Made by a program: the position numbers and the translations under genes. Source: Negaprion brevirostris (lineage: Eukaryota). From it: 64,000 nucleotides of DNA. The stretch is from contig JARDVH010000193.1 in assembly GCA_030324005.1 (NCBI GenBank), positions 48,629,444 through 48,693,443 of the forward strand, in the 5' to 3' direction. The notes under the pieces were generated by a model, which saw nothing but the letters and a program-made list of their open reading frames with translations, was not told the DNA's origin and did no database searches. This document shows, in pieces, positions 12,735 to 25,690 of this stretch (positions within the stretch are counted from its first letter, which is position 1; each line of letters begins with the position of its first letter).

Positions 12735-13085
12735 TGGGTCAGTTAATAGACTCTCATCCTGAATCATAAATAAGTCCCCCTTCAGAAAATAAAATCGAGG
12801 TTGATGTTTCAGGGTAGTTCCAAGAGTGTTGCACTGTTGGAAGTGCTGTTTTTCAGATGAGATGTGAAATGAGGACCCCGCTGCTCTCTCAGGTGGATGT
12901 AAAAAGTCTCATGGCACGAGTTCAGAGAAGGAATTACCCTGCCCATGATCACTGTTCTGCTTGTGGGAGCTTGCTGTGCACAAGTTGGCTGCTTTGTTTC
13001 CAACGTCCCAATAGTCACAAGACTTGGAGAAACATTTAATTGTCAAATCCTGAGGCGCTACATCAATGCAATTCTTTTATTAAAA
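12735..13085 (+). mobile_element. DeuSINE-like (SacSINE1/AmnSINE-related) ancient SINE
   Basis: Deu-domain-like 'ttcagatgagatgtgaaatgaggacccc...ctctcaggtggatgtaaaa' and an L2-like tail. More decayed copies at ~11150-11530 and ~14195-14790. Confidence 0.65.
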
Positions 13086-13711
13086 CAAACAATCATCCCA
13101 CCTACAATGTGTAGAACTACAGGTCTATTAGTACTGTCAGAAAAAGCAAGTCTAATTGAACACAAACCAAAATAGATTGCTTGGCAAATGCAGCTCTCCC
13201 ACAAACACTGGGAAAAACTACTAAAAATTATCCAGTTCGTGAGAGATTTTTTCAAACCCTGATTGGATAGTCTGCAACCGCTGGGTATTTACTTAACCAA
13301 CACCAATGGCAACTAACCTTTAACCACAGAAATCACATCAAACAGACATTGGCACTGGTTCACTTACAGAGATATTAGAACAGGTGATCAAAGCTGGATC
13401 AAAGAAGTAGATTTTAAAGAGCATCTCAAAGCATGATAGTGAGAAGGATGGGTTTAGCCAGGGAACTCTGGAGCACACAGCGTGGACAGCTCAGGACACC
13501 ACCACCAGTGGGGGAGCGCTGGAAATTGGAGATGCACTGAGGCCATATTTGAAGGAACACTGAGATCTCAGAGGATTGTCAGGCTGGAGGAGATAGAGGT
13601 AATGAGGGGCGAGGCAACTGAGACATTTGAAAAATGCCACAAATATTAAAATGAAGCATCACTTAGATGTCAACTTTGGCTCAGCTGCTGAGAATGCAGC
13701 CAGTGTACTGT

Positions 13712-13735
13712 CCCCCCCCCCCCCCCCCCCCCCCC
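13712..13735. repeat. Poly-C homopolymer (24 nt)
   Basis: Directly visible. Confidence 0.95.
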
Positions 13736-13811
13736 GAAAAGAGGAGGGATGAAGTTAAAATGCTGAGATGATGAGAGGTGACTCCAAAGCAGATTGTTGT
13801 TTGTTTTGCAG

Positions 13812-13971
13812 ATCCAGGTGCTGACGCCTCTCTGTGCGGAATGGCTGCCACCAGTGCTTCAGGTACAAATGCAGTGCGATATGGCACCATGAGGGAAAAT
13901 GTCATAAACCTGGAGGTGGTGCTGGCAGACGGCAGGATAATGTACACAGCAGGACAGAAGCGAAGATTTAG
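13812..13971 (+). CDS. LDHD: LDHD exon 5 (160 nt), [54 protein letters not shown]
   Basis: ttgcag acceptor and gtatca donor. Lies within ORF 13778..13999. Highly conserved LDHD segment. Confidence 0.97.
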
Positions 13972-15013
13972 GTATCAAAACAGTACATCCCTCAAATAGT
14001 TCTCGATTTTACATTTTTTTTTAATATTATTAAATGATATTTCTGTGGCTGGTCTCGGAGAACGTTGGAAATTGCCAGTAAGAGAGATATGAGTGGGCTG
14101 TAGCAAAGGTTCATTTTTTTTGCCATTGAATCCCCTTATTCATCTGCTTGTCACCAAAAGTTAGAATATCTTGTTTGTAAGTATCTCTTGGATATCAGCC
14201 TTGGCTAAATTGGTAGTTTAAGCCCCACTTCAGAGACTAGAGCATATAATCTAGGCTGACAGGCCAGTGCAGTATCTTTTGGATGCAGCGCTACACCAAA
14301 ACAACATCTACCGTCTCTGGAAAACATAAAATGATCCCAATTTGATGAACAGCAGGGCAGTTCCTTTCCATAATGTTCTCCCCATGATGCTTATTCCATA
14401 AGCAGCAACTAAAATCAGTTCATCCCAATAGTTCTTTCACTCTATTTAGTCTGTTTTTGTTATTTAACCCTGCCTTTCCCACATTACTCTTATACAATTA
14501 TGTGGTTGTATGATTGCTTTAAGAGCTGACCACAACTTGATGGTGATGTCATTGGGGTGTTTCACAGGCTGCTGTTTAGTTTTAGTTTCTACTCTGCAAA
14601 GGCCACAGCTCCTTCAATAAATCTGTTGTTGTTAGTTGAAATCAATGTGTGCAAATCATATCTTTTCTTTTTGTTTAAAACCCACAACCCCTCTCATAGT
14701 TAGGACATTACAGTTACAACAGTGACTGCATTTTAAAAACTCCTAACTGATTGTGAAATGGTTTAGGATCTGCTGAAAGATGCTATATAAATACAGCTGT
14801 TTCCTCGTTTTAGTTCAGTCAGTGACTGACTTCAGAGTGGAACAATCTCATGTAACTGAAACAAGTGAGTCTTCATGGTGAGTACTCACAGAATTCAAAG
14901 CTGTGACTTTCCCAGTGCAGGAGGGGTGTTCAATCTGTGGACCTGTTTAGCCAGCATGGAGAGACATGACATTGAGTTGATGCATGGATTCAACGTGATA
15001 CTCTCTGCTACAG

Positions 15014-15213
15014 GAAAACGTCTGCAGGTTACAACCTGACCAATCTCTTCATTGGCTCTGAAGGGACTCTAGGAATTATCACCAAGACTACGCTGCGTCT
15101 CTGTGGAATCCCAGAAGCCATGGTGTCTGCAGTCTGCTCCTTCCCAACAGTGCAAGCAGCGGTGGATTGCACTGTGCAGATATTACAGTGTGGCATCCCC
15201 ATAGCAAGGATAG
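15014..15213 (+). CDS. LDHD: LDHD exon 6 (200 nt), [66 protein letters not shown]
   Basis: ctacag acceptor and gtaagc donor. Contains the [10 protein letters not shown] signature of FAD-linked oxidases. Found by manual translation. Confidence 0.97.
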
Positions 15214-15379
15214 GTAAGCTTTACAATTTAAAGTGTAATGTTATATGTAAAGCACCAACGAGAGGGAATGAATGAGATTGCTATCGAATCGACATTGCAA
15301 AAAAGATAGGATGGATAAAGGCACAATGAGTTACCTTGTCTTTGATCCTGGAATGGTTTGACCCATCCATGGTCTGTAT

Positions 15380-15660
15380 GAGATAAGGCATGACCTTTAC
15401 ACAGTGTGCTGTGGTTTATACGTGGGTGCAGTGTCACTTGTACACTGGCGAGGCATGATTTGTGCACAAATGCTGTTTGATTTGTACACAGATAAGGTAT
15501 GACTTGTACATGGGGTAAGGGATGACTGATACATAGATGTGTTGTGATTTGTATGTGGCTGTGGTTTGATTTGTGCATGGGTGAGGCATGACTTGTACAT
15601 GGATGAGGTATGACTTGTACACGGGTGTGCTGTGACCTGTATGTGGGTGCAGGATAAGTG
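15380..15660. repeat. Degenerate ~22-bp tandem repeat (TGAGGCATGACTTGTACATGGA-like)
   Basis: Recurring atgacttgtaca / gatttgta units. Confidence 0.7.
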
Positions 15661-15830
15661 ACGATCTCAGGCGTGTCTACAAAGTGCAATTTGAATGCTC
15701 CACCTGATAAAGAGATTAGATTTTGAGTTGGATGGGGCCAAATGTTTTAGTTTTTGAGCCCAAAATGTTAATTACCAACTTTCCATCCATTCTCCCCTTG
15801 TCGACAGACCACCTTAGTTTCTTTGAATAA

Positions 15831-16139
15831 GAATCATAGAGTCCCTACAGTGCAGAAAGGTCTTTTGGCCCATCAAGCCTGCATTGACAACAATNNNNNN
15901 NNNNNNNNNNNNNNNNNNNNNNNNNNNNNNNNNNNNNNNNNNNNGACACTCAGGGGCAATTTAGTGTGGCCAATCAACCTAACCCACACATCCTTGGAGT
16001 GTGGGAGGAAACCAGAGCACCCTGAGGAAATCCACGCAGACACGAGGAAAATGCAAACCCCAAACTTAAAGTGACCTGAGGCCAGAATTGAACCCGGGTC
16101 CCTGACGCTGTGAAGCAGCAGTGTGACCACTGTGCCACC
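15831..16139 (-). mobile_element. HE1-like SINE, tail type A (gapped)
   Basis: Reverse copy of the family. Confidence 0.85.
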
Positions 16140-16440
16140 TCTTAGACAGCAGGCAATTGAAGCAGCTTCATTCCCAGTAACTAAGCTGCTTCATATTGGG
16201 TCTTCATTAAGCTGAGAAGTCATCCTGAGCTTTGTTTTTTCAAACATGTCCCGGAATCACCTCCAGTGCCAGCTTCTCTCTATCTCCCCATTGACTCCTA
16301 TACCAACTTGGTTTGATACCAATTTACTTTTTAATCAAGGCGTTATTTATAACACAGTCACCAAATCAACATCTTTTATTTTGGTGATAAATTATCTTTA
16401 TAAAGAAAGTAGCAGCATCATTTCACTCTATATAATAGAA

Positions 16441-16742
16441 TGGGTGGCACAGTGGACCAGCGATTAGCACTGCTGCTTTACAGCACCAGGATTTGATTCC
16501 TGGCTTGAATCACTGTCTGTGCGGGTTTCCTCCGGGTGCTGTGGTTTACTCCCACAGTCCAACGATGTAAGGCTTTGATGGGTTGGCCATGTTAAATTGT
16601 CTCTTAGTGTCAGGAGGACTAGCTAGGGTAAATGCATGGGGTTATGGGCATAGGGCCTGAGTGGGATTGTGGTCCATGTAGACATGATGGGCTGAATGGT
16701 CTCCTTCTGCATTGTAGGGATTCACTGATTCTGTAATTCTAT
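16441..16742 (+). mobile_element. HE1-like SINE, tail type A
   Basis: Head, core and tail similarity, with internal deletions. Confidence 0.82.
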
Positions 16743-16910
16743 AAAACTATTCCAGTGAAAAACAAATGAGCGTCGCTGGACAGGATTTTGACTGGAAATG
16801 ACTGCTGCTGTGTTGAACATTGTGGTTAAGTCTGACATACAGAACAGTAACTGTCTTCAAACACTTAGATTATAGCAACTTACTTTAACGTACAAACATC
16901 TGTTCCCCAG

Positions 16911-17039
16911 AGTTCCTGGATGATGTGATGATGGCTGCCTGCATCAAATACAGCAAACTGAGTTATACTGTCACTTCAACATTATTCCTGGAATTTCATG
17001 GTACTGAGAAAGTGGTGGAAGAACAGATTCAGGCCACAG
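16911..17039 (+). CDS. LDHD: LDHD exon 7 (129 nt), EFLDDVMMAACIKYSKLSYTVTSTLFLEFHGTEKVVEEQIQAT
   Basis: ccccag acceptor and gtaagc donor. EFLD..MM and TLFLEFHG motifs. Confidence 0.96.
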
Positions 17040-17352
17040 GTAAGCTCTCAGTCTCTCTCTCTCTCTCAGACTTCCCTCTCTCAATTCCTTACATTTGCAG
17101 AGGTTGGGTTTTGTTTTTGCAGCCCCTGACCCTGACATGGTCACTTTACCTCCAGTTACAAGGTCAGAAAAATCTCAGTGACTTTGAAGGAAGCCATGTT
17201 GTAAAATGAAGGGAAAATTACCATAAATGGCCTTTGTACACAATGCAGAGATGGCATCTGCTGTTTCACTGATAAGAATGGAGAATGGAATTGGAAAAGG
17301 TTCAGAGTTTTACTTTCTACAGCACATCTCTCAGAATCTCCACCCTGTGTAT

Positions 17353-17470
17353 TTCAGTGAAGGAGCAGTGCTCTGAAAGCACATGATTCCACATAAACCC
17401 ATTGGACTTTAACCTGCTGTGAGACTTCTTACTGTGCCCACCCCCGTCCAAGGCTGGCATCTCCACATCA
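17353..17470 (+). mobile_element. Penelope-like short element (family P1) with degenerate hammerhead motif
   Basis: aaggagcagtgctctgaaagc...ataaac...ggactttaacctg...gagacttcttactgtg...ggcatctccacatca, shared with five other loci. Confidence 0.75.
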
Positions 17471-19179
17471 TTTTTACATTGCATACTTTCACACTGATGT
17501 GAAGTGAGTTGCATTTAACAACGGTGCTAAAGTGCAGTGTAAATTCAGAGCCAGAACCCTTTGCAATGAGATTCCTGGAGACGTTAACCTTGTATCATTT
17601 TTTGCTGACACTCTGTGATGTGAAAATTAAGCACAGCATGAAGACTGTTGAGGGTTTTGTGGCCACCTTTTGAAATCTTCTTTATCTTAGATTCAAAGGA
17701 TAGAGAGTAGCAAGCTCTACGGATTTCAACTTCTAACGATTGGTGTGTGTAGTAAGGCAGGGATTTCTCATCAGCAAATACCAAATCTCCAGTAAAGCAA
17801 AGCTATGCGAAGAGAGTACAGTCAAGACGGCAGCTGACTGACTGCACTCAAATTGATAGCTGCAATGGAAACACATTCCCCATTATGGGGAGAGGGCGGG
17901 AGTGTGGAACTGAGCCACGACAGATCAGCCATGATCTTATTGAATGGCGGGGCAGGCNNNNNNNNNNNNNNNNNNNNNNNNNNNNNNNNNNNNNNNNNNN
18001 NNNNNNNNNNNNNNNNNNNNNNNNNNNNNNNNNNNNNNNNNNNNNNNNNNNNNNNNNTGATCTTATTGAATGGCGGGGCAGGCTCGAAGGGCTAGATGGC
18101 CTACTCCTGCTCCTATTTCTTATGTTCTTATCTCCCGATTGAAAGTATAACATGAATCATCCCTAATGTCCAAAAATCAAGCAAGGCTCTGGAATATTTA
18201 TCAACCTCCTCCTGGATCTCATCCAGCGACAATATCCTCCCCCTCCCAACTCTGACCCCAGTGCCCTGCCCCTCAAACTATTTAATCACCTCAGTCGACA
18301 GCTGTGCCCATAATCTCAAATTTGATTTCTAACCAAATATTTATTCAGATTGCTTCCGAAGAAGTTAACAGGCAGGGAATCTGCTCTTGACAAGAGTAAG
18401 CTAGCAAGAGAACGAGAGATGAGATCAGAAGAATGTTCTAAATGCAGGGAGTTTCACAAGGGCAGTAGAACAAGTTCAACAATAATTTCCAAAAGGGAAT
18501 TAAAACTTGAAGGTGAAACTTTGCAGGGCTATTGGGAAAGGGCAAGTGAGTGGCCCTAAATAGATGAATCTTCCCAAGATCCAGGAAGGTGTGATAGGTT
18601 GAATGGCCTGCTTATGCACAACACCATTCTGTCATTCATTGGAACATTAAGAAACTGTTAACTGAACAGTAAATGGAAGTGGAAGCAACCTATTAGTTTG
18701 GATTGAGATACAGACAGGAAGGAGAAAGGGTGTGATCTCAAATTGGCAGGGTGGATCTAGCGGGTTTCTCCGAGGGTCTGTAGTGGGGCTATAACATTTC
18801 ACTGCATAAATGGTACAGGTGAATTTATCAAATGCATTAGCCTCTTTACAGGGTTCAACATTCAGCTTCAGACTGGCAATGGTTGACTGACTAAATCACT
18901 GCTTCACAGCAGAGGATGAGGACACTATATCAAAGGTACAGGGAAACCAGGAGTGAATCAAGGGGCAGAGCTATCTAGATTCAGCCTTTTATTAATGGCA
19001 ATGGAGGAGCTGGTTAAAGGCCCTGAAAGTAGTAAGTCAGGAAATTGTCACTGGGTTAGTCAGCAACTCTCAAAAGGTGCTTCCTCAGATGTCACTCTGT
19101 TGATGAAGAAGGGTAGAGGAGACAAATTAGGAAAACGTATGTGTATTATTCTAACAAAATTAGAATTCATATGAAGAGA

Positions 19180-22100
19180 GGACCAAGAATGGCCCATTCA
19201 GTCCTTCAACTTGTTCTAACATTCAATGAATCATATACCTCAACCTCATCTGTCTGCTTTGGTTCTGTAACCCTTAATACCTTTGCTTAACCCATCTGGC
19301 CCCTCAAGCCAGCTCACCATTCAATANNNNNNNNNNNNNNNNNNNNNNNNNNNNNNNNNNNNNNNNNNNNNNNNNNNNNNNNNNNNNNNNNNNNNNNNNN
19401 NNNNNNNNNNNNNNNNNNNNNNNNNNTGGCCCCTCACGCCAGCTCACCATTCAATAAGACCGTGGCTGATGTTTTCCTGGATTCAGCTCCACTTACCCAC
19501 CTGCTCACCATAACCCTTAATTCCTTTACTGTTCAAAAATGTAATCTTTGTTTTAAAATTTCAATTGTCCCAAATCCAAAAGGGAAAGAGAGAGTTCCAA
19601 ATTTCCATTAGCCTTTGCATGTTCTTCGTCACACTAGCCTTGAGGTCTAGCTCTCACTTTGAGATGATGCCTCCTTGTCTGCATTTTTCCATCTGGAAAT
19701 TGTTTCTATTTATCTGATTAAATCATTTCATTTTCTTAAACACTTCAATTAAATCTTATATATTCAATTTATTTGTATTTGAAACTGTTTTTAGTCCAGT
19801 TTCCGTAAATCTGCATCCCTTTCAAGACCTTCTGGAGGTATGGTGTCAAGGTCTCAATTTAACTCCAACCTGGATCTAACCAGAGAACTACACAGCTCAA
19901 TCAGAATTTCCATCTCTTTATATTCCAGCCAACGTGCCATTCACCTTTTTAATGATTTCTTGTAAATGCCATAGATTTCTTGTAAGTTCAGAAAGAGGCC
20001 ATTGAACCTGCACCGACAATAATCCCAGCCAGGTCCTAACCCCGTAACTGCACATGTTTACCTTGCAAATCCCCCGACACTAAGATGCAAATTAGCATGG
20101 CAAATCCGTGTCCATTAGCTTTTAGTGATTTCTTCAGTTGGATCCCTAAATCACTGTTCATCCACAGGTCTTAGCTTCTCACTAATAAAAACATACTGTG
20201 TCTATCAATCTTAGATGCAAAGTGGGTTCCACCACACTTATCCACATTGAAATCCATCTGTCACAGTTCTGCCTCCTCTTTTGCTTTATCAAAAGCCTTT
20301 TAAGACCCGCTGTTCCCATCTATATATGTACTGCAACTATGTGAAAGCACAATACTGCGGATGCTGGAATAACCAGCAAGTCAGTCAGTGTGTGTGAACA
20401 AAGAACAAAGAAGTGTGGAGAGAGAAACAGAGTTAAGGGTGAGATTTCCCAGCCTCGCTTGCCCCGAAACCAAAAATCCTGCTCAAGGTCGACGGACATT
20501 TTCATGGTCCTCCCCTCACCCGCTCCAATTCCCATGTTGGACAGTAAAATTTGCCCTAACGGTTCAGGTTAATGATCTTTTGTCAGGGTTGGAAGAAATT
20601 AGAGATGTAACAGATTTTAAACAAGTACAGGAGCAGGAAGATCTAAAGGGAAAGTCTCTGATGGGCTGGAAGAGAAGAGAGATTAAGGGCCCCAAAGCCA
20701 GAAGAACCTGCCTGAGGTCAACAGACCTTTTCATGGTCTGCCCCTTGCCCGCTACGATTCCCGTGGCCGGCCGGATAGGAAAATTCCACCGTAAAAGGCA
20801 AAGGGGATGATGGTACAAGGCAAAAGAATTGGACAAGGAAAGAAACAAGTGATGGGCCAAGAGAAAGTGTATGTGGGTAATAGCAGAATCCTCACTAATA
20901 GCTGCTGTCTGAAAAAAGAGGTTATGATCTGAAATTGTTGAACTGAATGTTGAACCCTGTAAAGTAACTAATGTATTTGATATATGGCTCTCTGTTCATT
21001 CATCTATACCATTTATGCAGTGAAATGTTATAGCCCCACTACAGACCCCTGGAGAAACCCACTAGATCCACCCTGCCAATTTGAGGTCACACTCTTTCTT
21101 CTTCCTGTCTATATCCCAATCCAAGCTAACAGGTTGCTGCCACTTCCAAGTACTGTTCAGTTCACAGTTTCTTAATGTGGAGCCTTGTTGAATGTCTTCT
21201 GGAAGTCCATGTAAATAACATCCATTGACATCCTGTTATGTAGTGTGCTAGTTACCTGTTGAAAATATTCAACTCAGTTAATTAGACATGACCCAATGAT
21301 TATAAAATCCATATTAATCAGCTCACAATTGTTCAAGTATTCAGTCACCCTATCCCAAAGAAGATTCTAGTCATTTTGTTAGAATAATACACCTGAAGTT
21401 TCCTGTTTGTCTCTCGTACCCTTCTTAATCAATGGAGTAACATCTGAGGAAGGTGATGACTAACCCAGTGACAATTTCCTGACTTACTTCTTTCAGGGCC
21501 TTTAACCAGCTCCTCCATCGCCATTAATAAAAGACTGAATCAAGATAGCTCTGCCCCTTGATTCACTCCTCATTTTCCTGTACCTTTGATATAGTGTCCT
21601 CATTCTCTGCTGTGAAACAGCGATTCAGTAGTCAACCATTGACACTCTTTTTCTTTATATTCATTTATGGGATGTGAGCATTCCTGGCTGTGCCAGCATT
21701 TATTGCCCATCCCTAATTACCCATTTCTGAGGGCATTTAAGAGACAACCACATTGCTGTGGGATCTGAAGTCATATGAAAGCCAGACGAGGTAAGAACAG
21801 CAGATTTCCTTTCCTAAAGCAAACACACATTAATGAACCAGATGGGTTTTTATGACAATTGGCAATGGTTTCATGGTGATAGTTAGACTTCTTAAATTCC
21901 AAAATTTTACTGAATTCAAATTTCACCATCAGCCTTGTCCACAGCACGTTGCCTTGGGTCTCTGGATTACTGATCTAGTCACAATACCACTGCACTATCG
22001 CCTCCCCAAAGTGACAACCTGGGCTTCTCATTAACCTTAGCTAAACACTTTCACTTAATGCATTTGCAAAAACTTTTACAATTTCCCTTGCCGTCTCTCA

Positions 22101-22550
22101 CAAGCTTTTTCATTGTTGTGGCTCTTACCAATTTCTTTGTAGCTCTTTCCTGTTTTTCTAAATAATTCTCGCGGTCCGTGGGAGTAAGACTTCTGTGTAA
22201 ATTCTTTCCATACCATCCAGTTGTTTAATTATACAAACAGAGTCTTGTCCTCTTGGGTTATGTATAGGTCTTGCATTCTAATCAATACTATTCTGAACAC
22301 AGCCCATTGTTGACCTGTGTTTTTATCTGTTAAAATTTCTGCCCAGTCTATTGCGGTCAATCCCCGCTTCATCCCTCCAAACTAAGCCTTAACTAACTAT
22401 AAAACCTTGGTTCATTATTCACCCTGCTCTAATATCAAAGCTAATATCATTACGTTCAAATAAAGGCTACTTTTAGCTAGATGTTCCCTTAACATCAGAT
22501 TATTGACAAATCCAGGCTCATTATCATTACTATACCTAAATTGGTTCAAG
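19180..22550 (-). mobile_element. Old decayed CR1-like LINE interrupted by SINE, Penelope-like and MITE insertions
   Basis: Scattered reverse-strand CR1-like segments from the 3' end (left) towards RT and endonuclease remnants (right). Confidence 0.55.
20437..20556. mobile_element. 120-bp MITE with GGG(C/T)...GCCC imperfect terminal inverted repeats and TAA target-site duplication (PIF/Harbinger-like)
   Basis: taa at 20434-20436 and 20557-20559. Related copies at ~20690-20790, 28863-28982, 35587-35680, 38952-39078 and 56442-56568. Confidence 0.7.
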
Positions 22551-22558
22551 AACATTTT

Positions 22559-22850
22559 GGCATGGTGGCACTGCTGCTTCACAGTGCCAGGGACCCAGCT
22601 TCAATTCTGATCTCGGGTGACTGTCTGTGTGGAGTTTGCACATTCTCCCTGTGGTTCTCCGGTTTCCTCTCACAGTCCAATGATGTGTAGGTTGGGTGGA
22701 TTCGCCATGCTAAGTTTCCCCTTACTGTCCCATTATGTGTGGGGAAAATATGTGGGGTTACAAGCAGAGGGTCTTGGTAGGATGCTCTGTCAGAGAGTTG
22801 GTATAGACCCAGTGGGCCAAATGGCCTTCTGCACTGTAGGGATTGTATGA
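22559..22850 (+). mobile_element. HE1-like SINE, tail type A
   Basis: Family similarity. Confidence 0.8.
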
Positions 22851-23012
22851 TATTGGCTGGAATTATACAGAATGGAATGGCAGGTGTTAGGGAATGGAAA
22901 TAGCACCATGCCAACCCACCCCCATTCCGATTTTCCCAACACTGAGGGAGATGCCAGGCAGCCTGCTCATCCATGGGACACATGAGGCTCCTATGCGACC
23001 AATCCTTCTGTT

Positions 23013-23157
23013 TAAAGTTTAGTTATTAGTGTCATAAGTAGGCTTATATTACACTGCAATGAAGTCACTGTGAAAATGCCCTAGTCTCCGTACTCCGGCG
23101 CCTGTTTGATACACTGAGGGAGAATTTAGCATGGCCAACACACATAACCAATCTTTC
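23013..23157 (-). mobile_element. HE1-like SINE type B tail fragment
   Basis: Reverse complement of the type-B tail. Confidence 0.8.
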
Positions 23158-24339
23158 AAATTTCTTTTTGAGTTGTTCACCCAAAGGTCCACAGTGCCAC
23201 ATCTTCCACCATTGGTAGGGCAAGGAGGCAGGTACTGGATCCACCCCAGCAGAAACAGCCACTTACCCCCATGTTGTTGGCACCAATGTGATCCACATTG
23301 GCTGTCCCGCCAATTGAGCTAACCGCCTCACCCTCAGAAGTCCTGAGCTGCTGTGTGCTTTTACATACATGTCCTGGCCTGGAGCTACAGATAGCAGTGG
23401 TAGAGGCTCCAATTTCTTTCCAAGTATCTCTCCCAATCTTCTCACCTGCCGTTGGCATGTTGCTATTCAATCCATTCAGCTGTATATAAACACATCTTCC
23501 TTGGCCATCAAGTCCTGGAACGGGATTTGAGCCCAGAACTTCTGGTTCCGAGACAGGAATGCTACCCAGCATGCATCAAGATCTCTCACTTAAGGGCTTC
23601 CTTCCACTGCCACTAGGTGAAACCTGGCAGACTGGTAGCCGGGTGGGGGGAGGGGGATTGACTCCTTTTCTGGCACCTTGTGCCCATCAGAGATTCCAAG
23701 ATCATTCTTCCTCCTGAGTTTCCCCTATTTCTCCCTCTGCTTTCGCCTGGACAATCATACTCCCTCATCCCTGCCACCCTTGCCAGTGCCTGCCAGCCTT
23801 CCTTTTAAGTCTTGCTCCATTGGTATCTTCTCTTTGGGAATGCATATAGTTCCACCAGTGGCCTCTGCTCCTAATGGCACTGTGGATCAACTGATCTGCT
23901 GGCCCTCTGGCCATCAGTTCTTGAAGGTGACACTTCCTCTCCTACAATGATGTGTACCTTTAAAGGAGGGAATCTTAAATTACTGTCAGTCATTACACAT
24001 TGAATTGCCCCTTTACGATCAATGCATTACCGTCACTGAATGCCCCACTATCAACGTCCTGGAGGTTACCATTGACCAGAAATTGAACTGGACTAGCCAT
24101 ATAAATGCTGTGGCTACCAGCGCAAGTCAGAGGCTAGAAATCCTGCACATTCCCAAAAGCCTGCCCACCATCTACAAGGCACAAGNNNNNNNNNNNNNNN
24201 NNNNNNNNNNNNNNNNNNNNNNNNNNNNNNNNNNNNNNNNNNNNNNNNNNNNNNNNNNNNNNNNNNNNNNNNNNNNNNNNNNNNNAATGCTGCTAGAGCC
24301 ATGCAGAGTTTATATATAAGTAGGTATGACTACAGACAG

Positions 24340-25165
24340 TACATAACTCTCACCACACCTCTTGTTAACTTTACATTTGGTAAAGTTTCTTAATGCCACA
24401 CTCAGTCAAAATGCTGTCTTGATGTCAGAGGCAGTCACTCTCATCTTACCCCTTGATTTCCAATGAGAATATTGCCAGCATTGAGAACCCTTTCCATTAT
24501 TTTGCTGATGGCTGAGAGTGGGCTGATGGACAGCAATTTGTTAGATTAGATGTGTTCTGCTGTTTGAGGACAGGACAGACCTGGGCATTTTGAACATTGC
24601 CACGTAGATGCTGTATCTGACTAGCTTGGCGAGGGATGTAACTCACTTTGGAGCATACGTTTTTAGCAATACTGCTAGGAATATTATCAGGGTCACATCA
24701 ACTTTCCAATATCCAGTACCTTCAACCATTTCTTGATATCATGTGGAGTGACTCAATTTGTTGAACAACTGTCCCCTGCCCTTATGTTCCCTCCATTCTT
24801 CATTCAAGTGGTGTTCAACATAGAAGATTATTAATTCATCAGTTCATAGAGGACGATGGATGATAATAAGCAGGAGGTTTCCTTGTACATGTTTGACTTG
24901 ATGCAATGAGATTTCAAGGGGTTCAGAATCAATATTGAGGATTCCCAGGACTGTTTCCTCCTGACTGTTTACCACAATGCCACCACCTCTGGTGAGTCTG
25001 GCCTGCTGGTAGGACAGGACATACCCAGGAATGATGAAGGACCAGTCTGAGACATTAGCTGTAAAGAATGATTTAGTGTGTGTGACTATATCAGACTGTT
25101 GTTTGATTAGTCTGTGAAACTGTTCTACCAACTGAGGCACAAATCCCCACATGCTAATGAGGAGG
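24340..25165 (-). mobile_element. Decayed LINE ORF2 fragment (APE endonuclease region)
   Basis: ORF 24844..25221 reads QQSDIV..T.SF...IPGYV...R.TRGGG.VV...LLLII.HRP, typical of CR1/L2-group endonucleases. Confidence 0.7.
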
Positions 25166-25690
25166 ACATACGAATTACGAATAGGAGTAGGCCACTTGAC
25201 CCCTCCAGCCTGTTCTGCCATTCAATAAGATTATGGCTGATTTGATTGTACCTTCAACTCCACATTCCCATCTACCCCCAATAACCTTTCATCCTGTTGA
25301 ATATTAAGAACCTATCAACTTCTGCTTTAAGAATACTCAAAAACTCTGTTTCTATTGTCTTTTGGGGAAGAGAATTCCAAAGACTCATGACCATCTGAGA
25401 AAAAAAAATCACTTCTCTTTATCTTTGCCTTAAATTGGAGAGTCCTTATTTTTAAACAGTGACATTTAGTTCTAGATTCTTCCATGAGGGAAATCATCCT
25501 TGAAAAACCCTGTCAAGACACCTCAAGATTTTATATGTTTCAATCAAATCACCATTTACTCTTCTAAGCTCCAGCGGATACAAGCCTAGCCTGTCCAACA
25601 TTAAACAACTCATCCACTCCATTAAATCTTCCCTGAATCAAATATGGTTACATCCTTCATGAAGTAAGGAGAGCAATACTGGGCACAATA
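25166..25690 (-). mobile_element. CR1 LINE 3' end fragment
   Basis: Reverse complement similar to 9310-9912. Confidence 0.78.

Noticed and set aside
17932-18083. Apparent tandem duplication of tgatcttattgaatggcggggcaggc across a 100-N gap (likewise around 19327-19426)
   Set aside because: Near-identical sequence on both sides of a fixed-size gap indicates unmerged overlapping contigs rather than a biological repeat.
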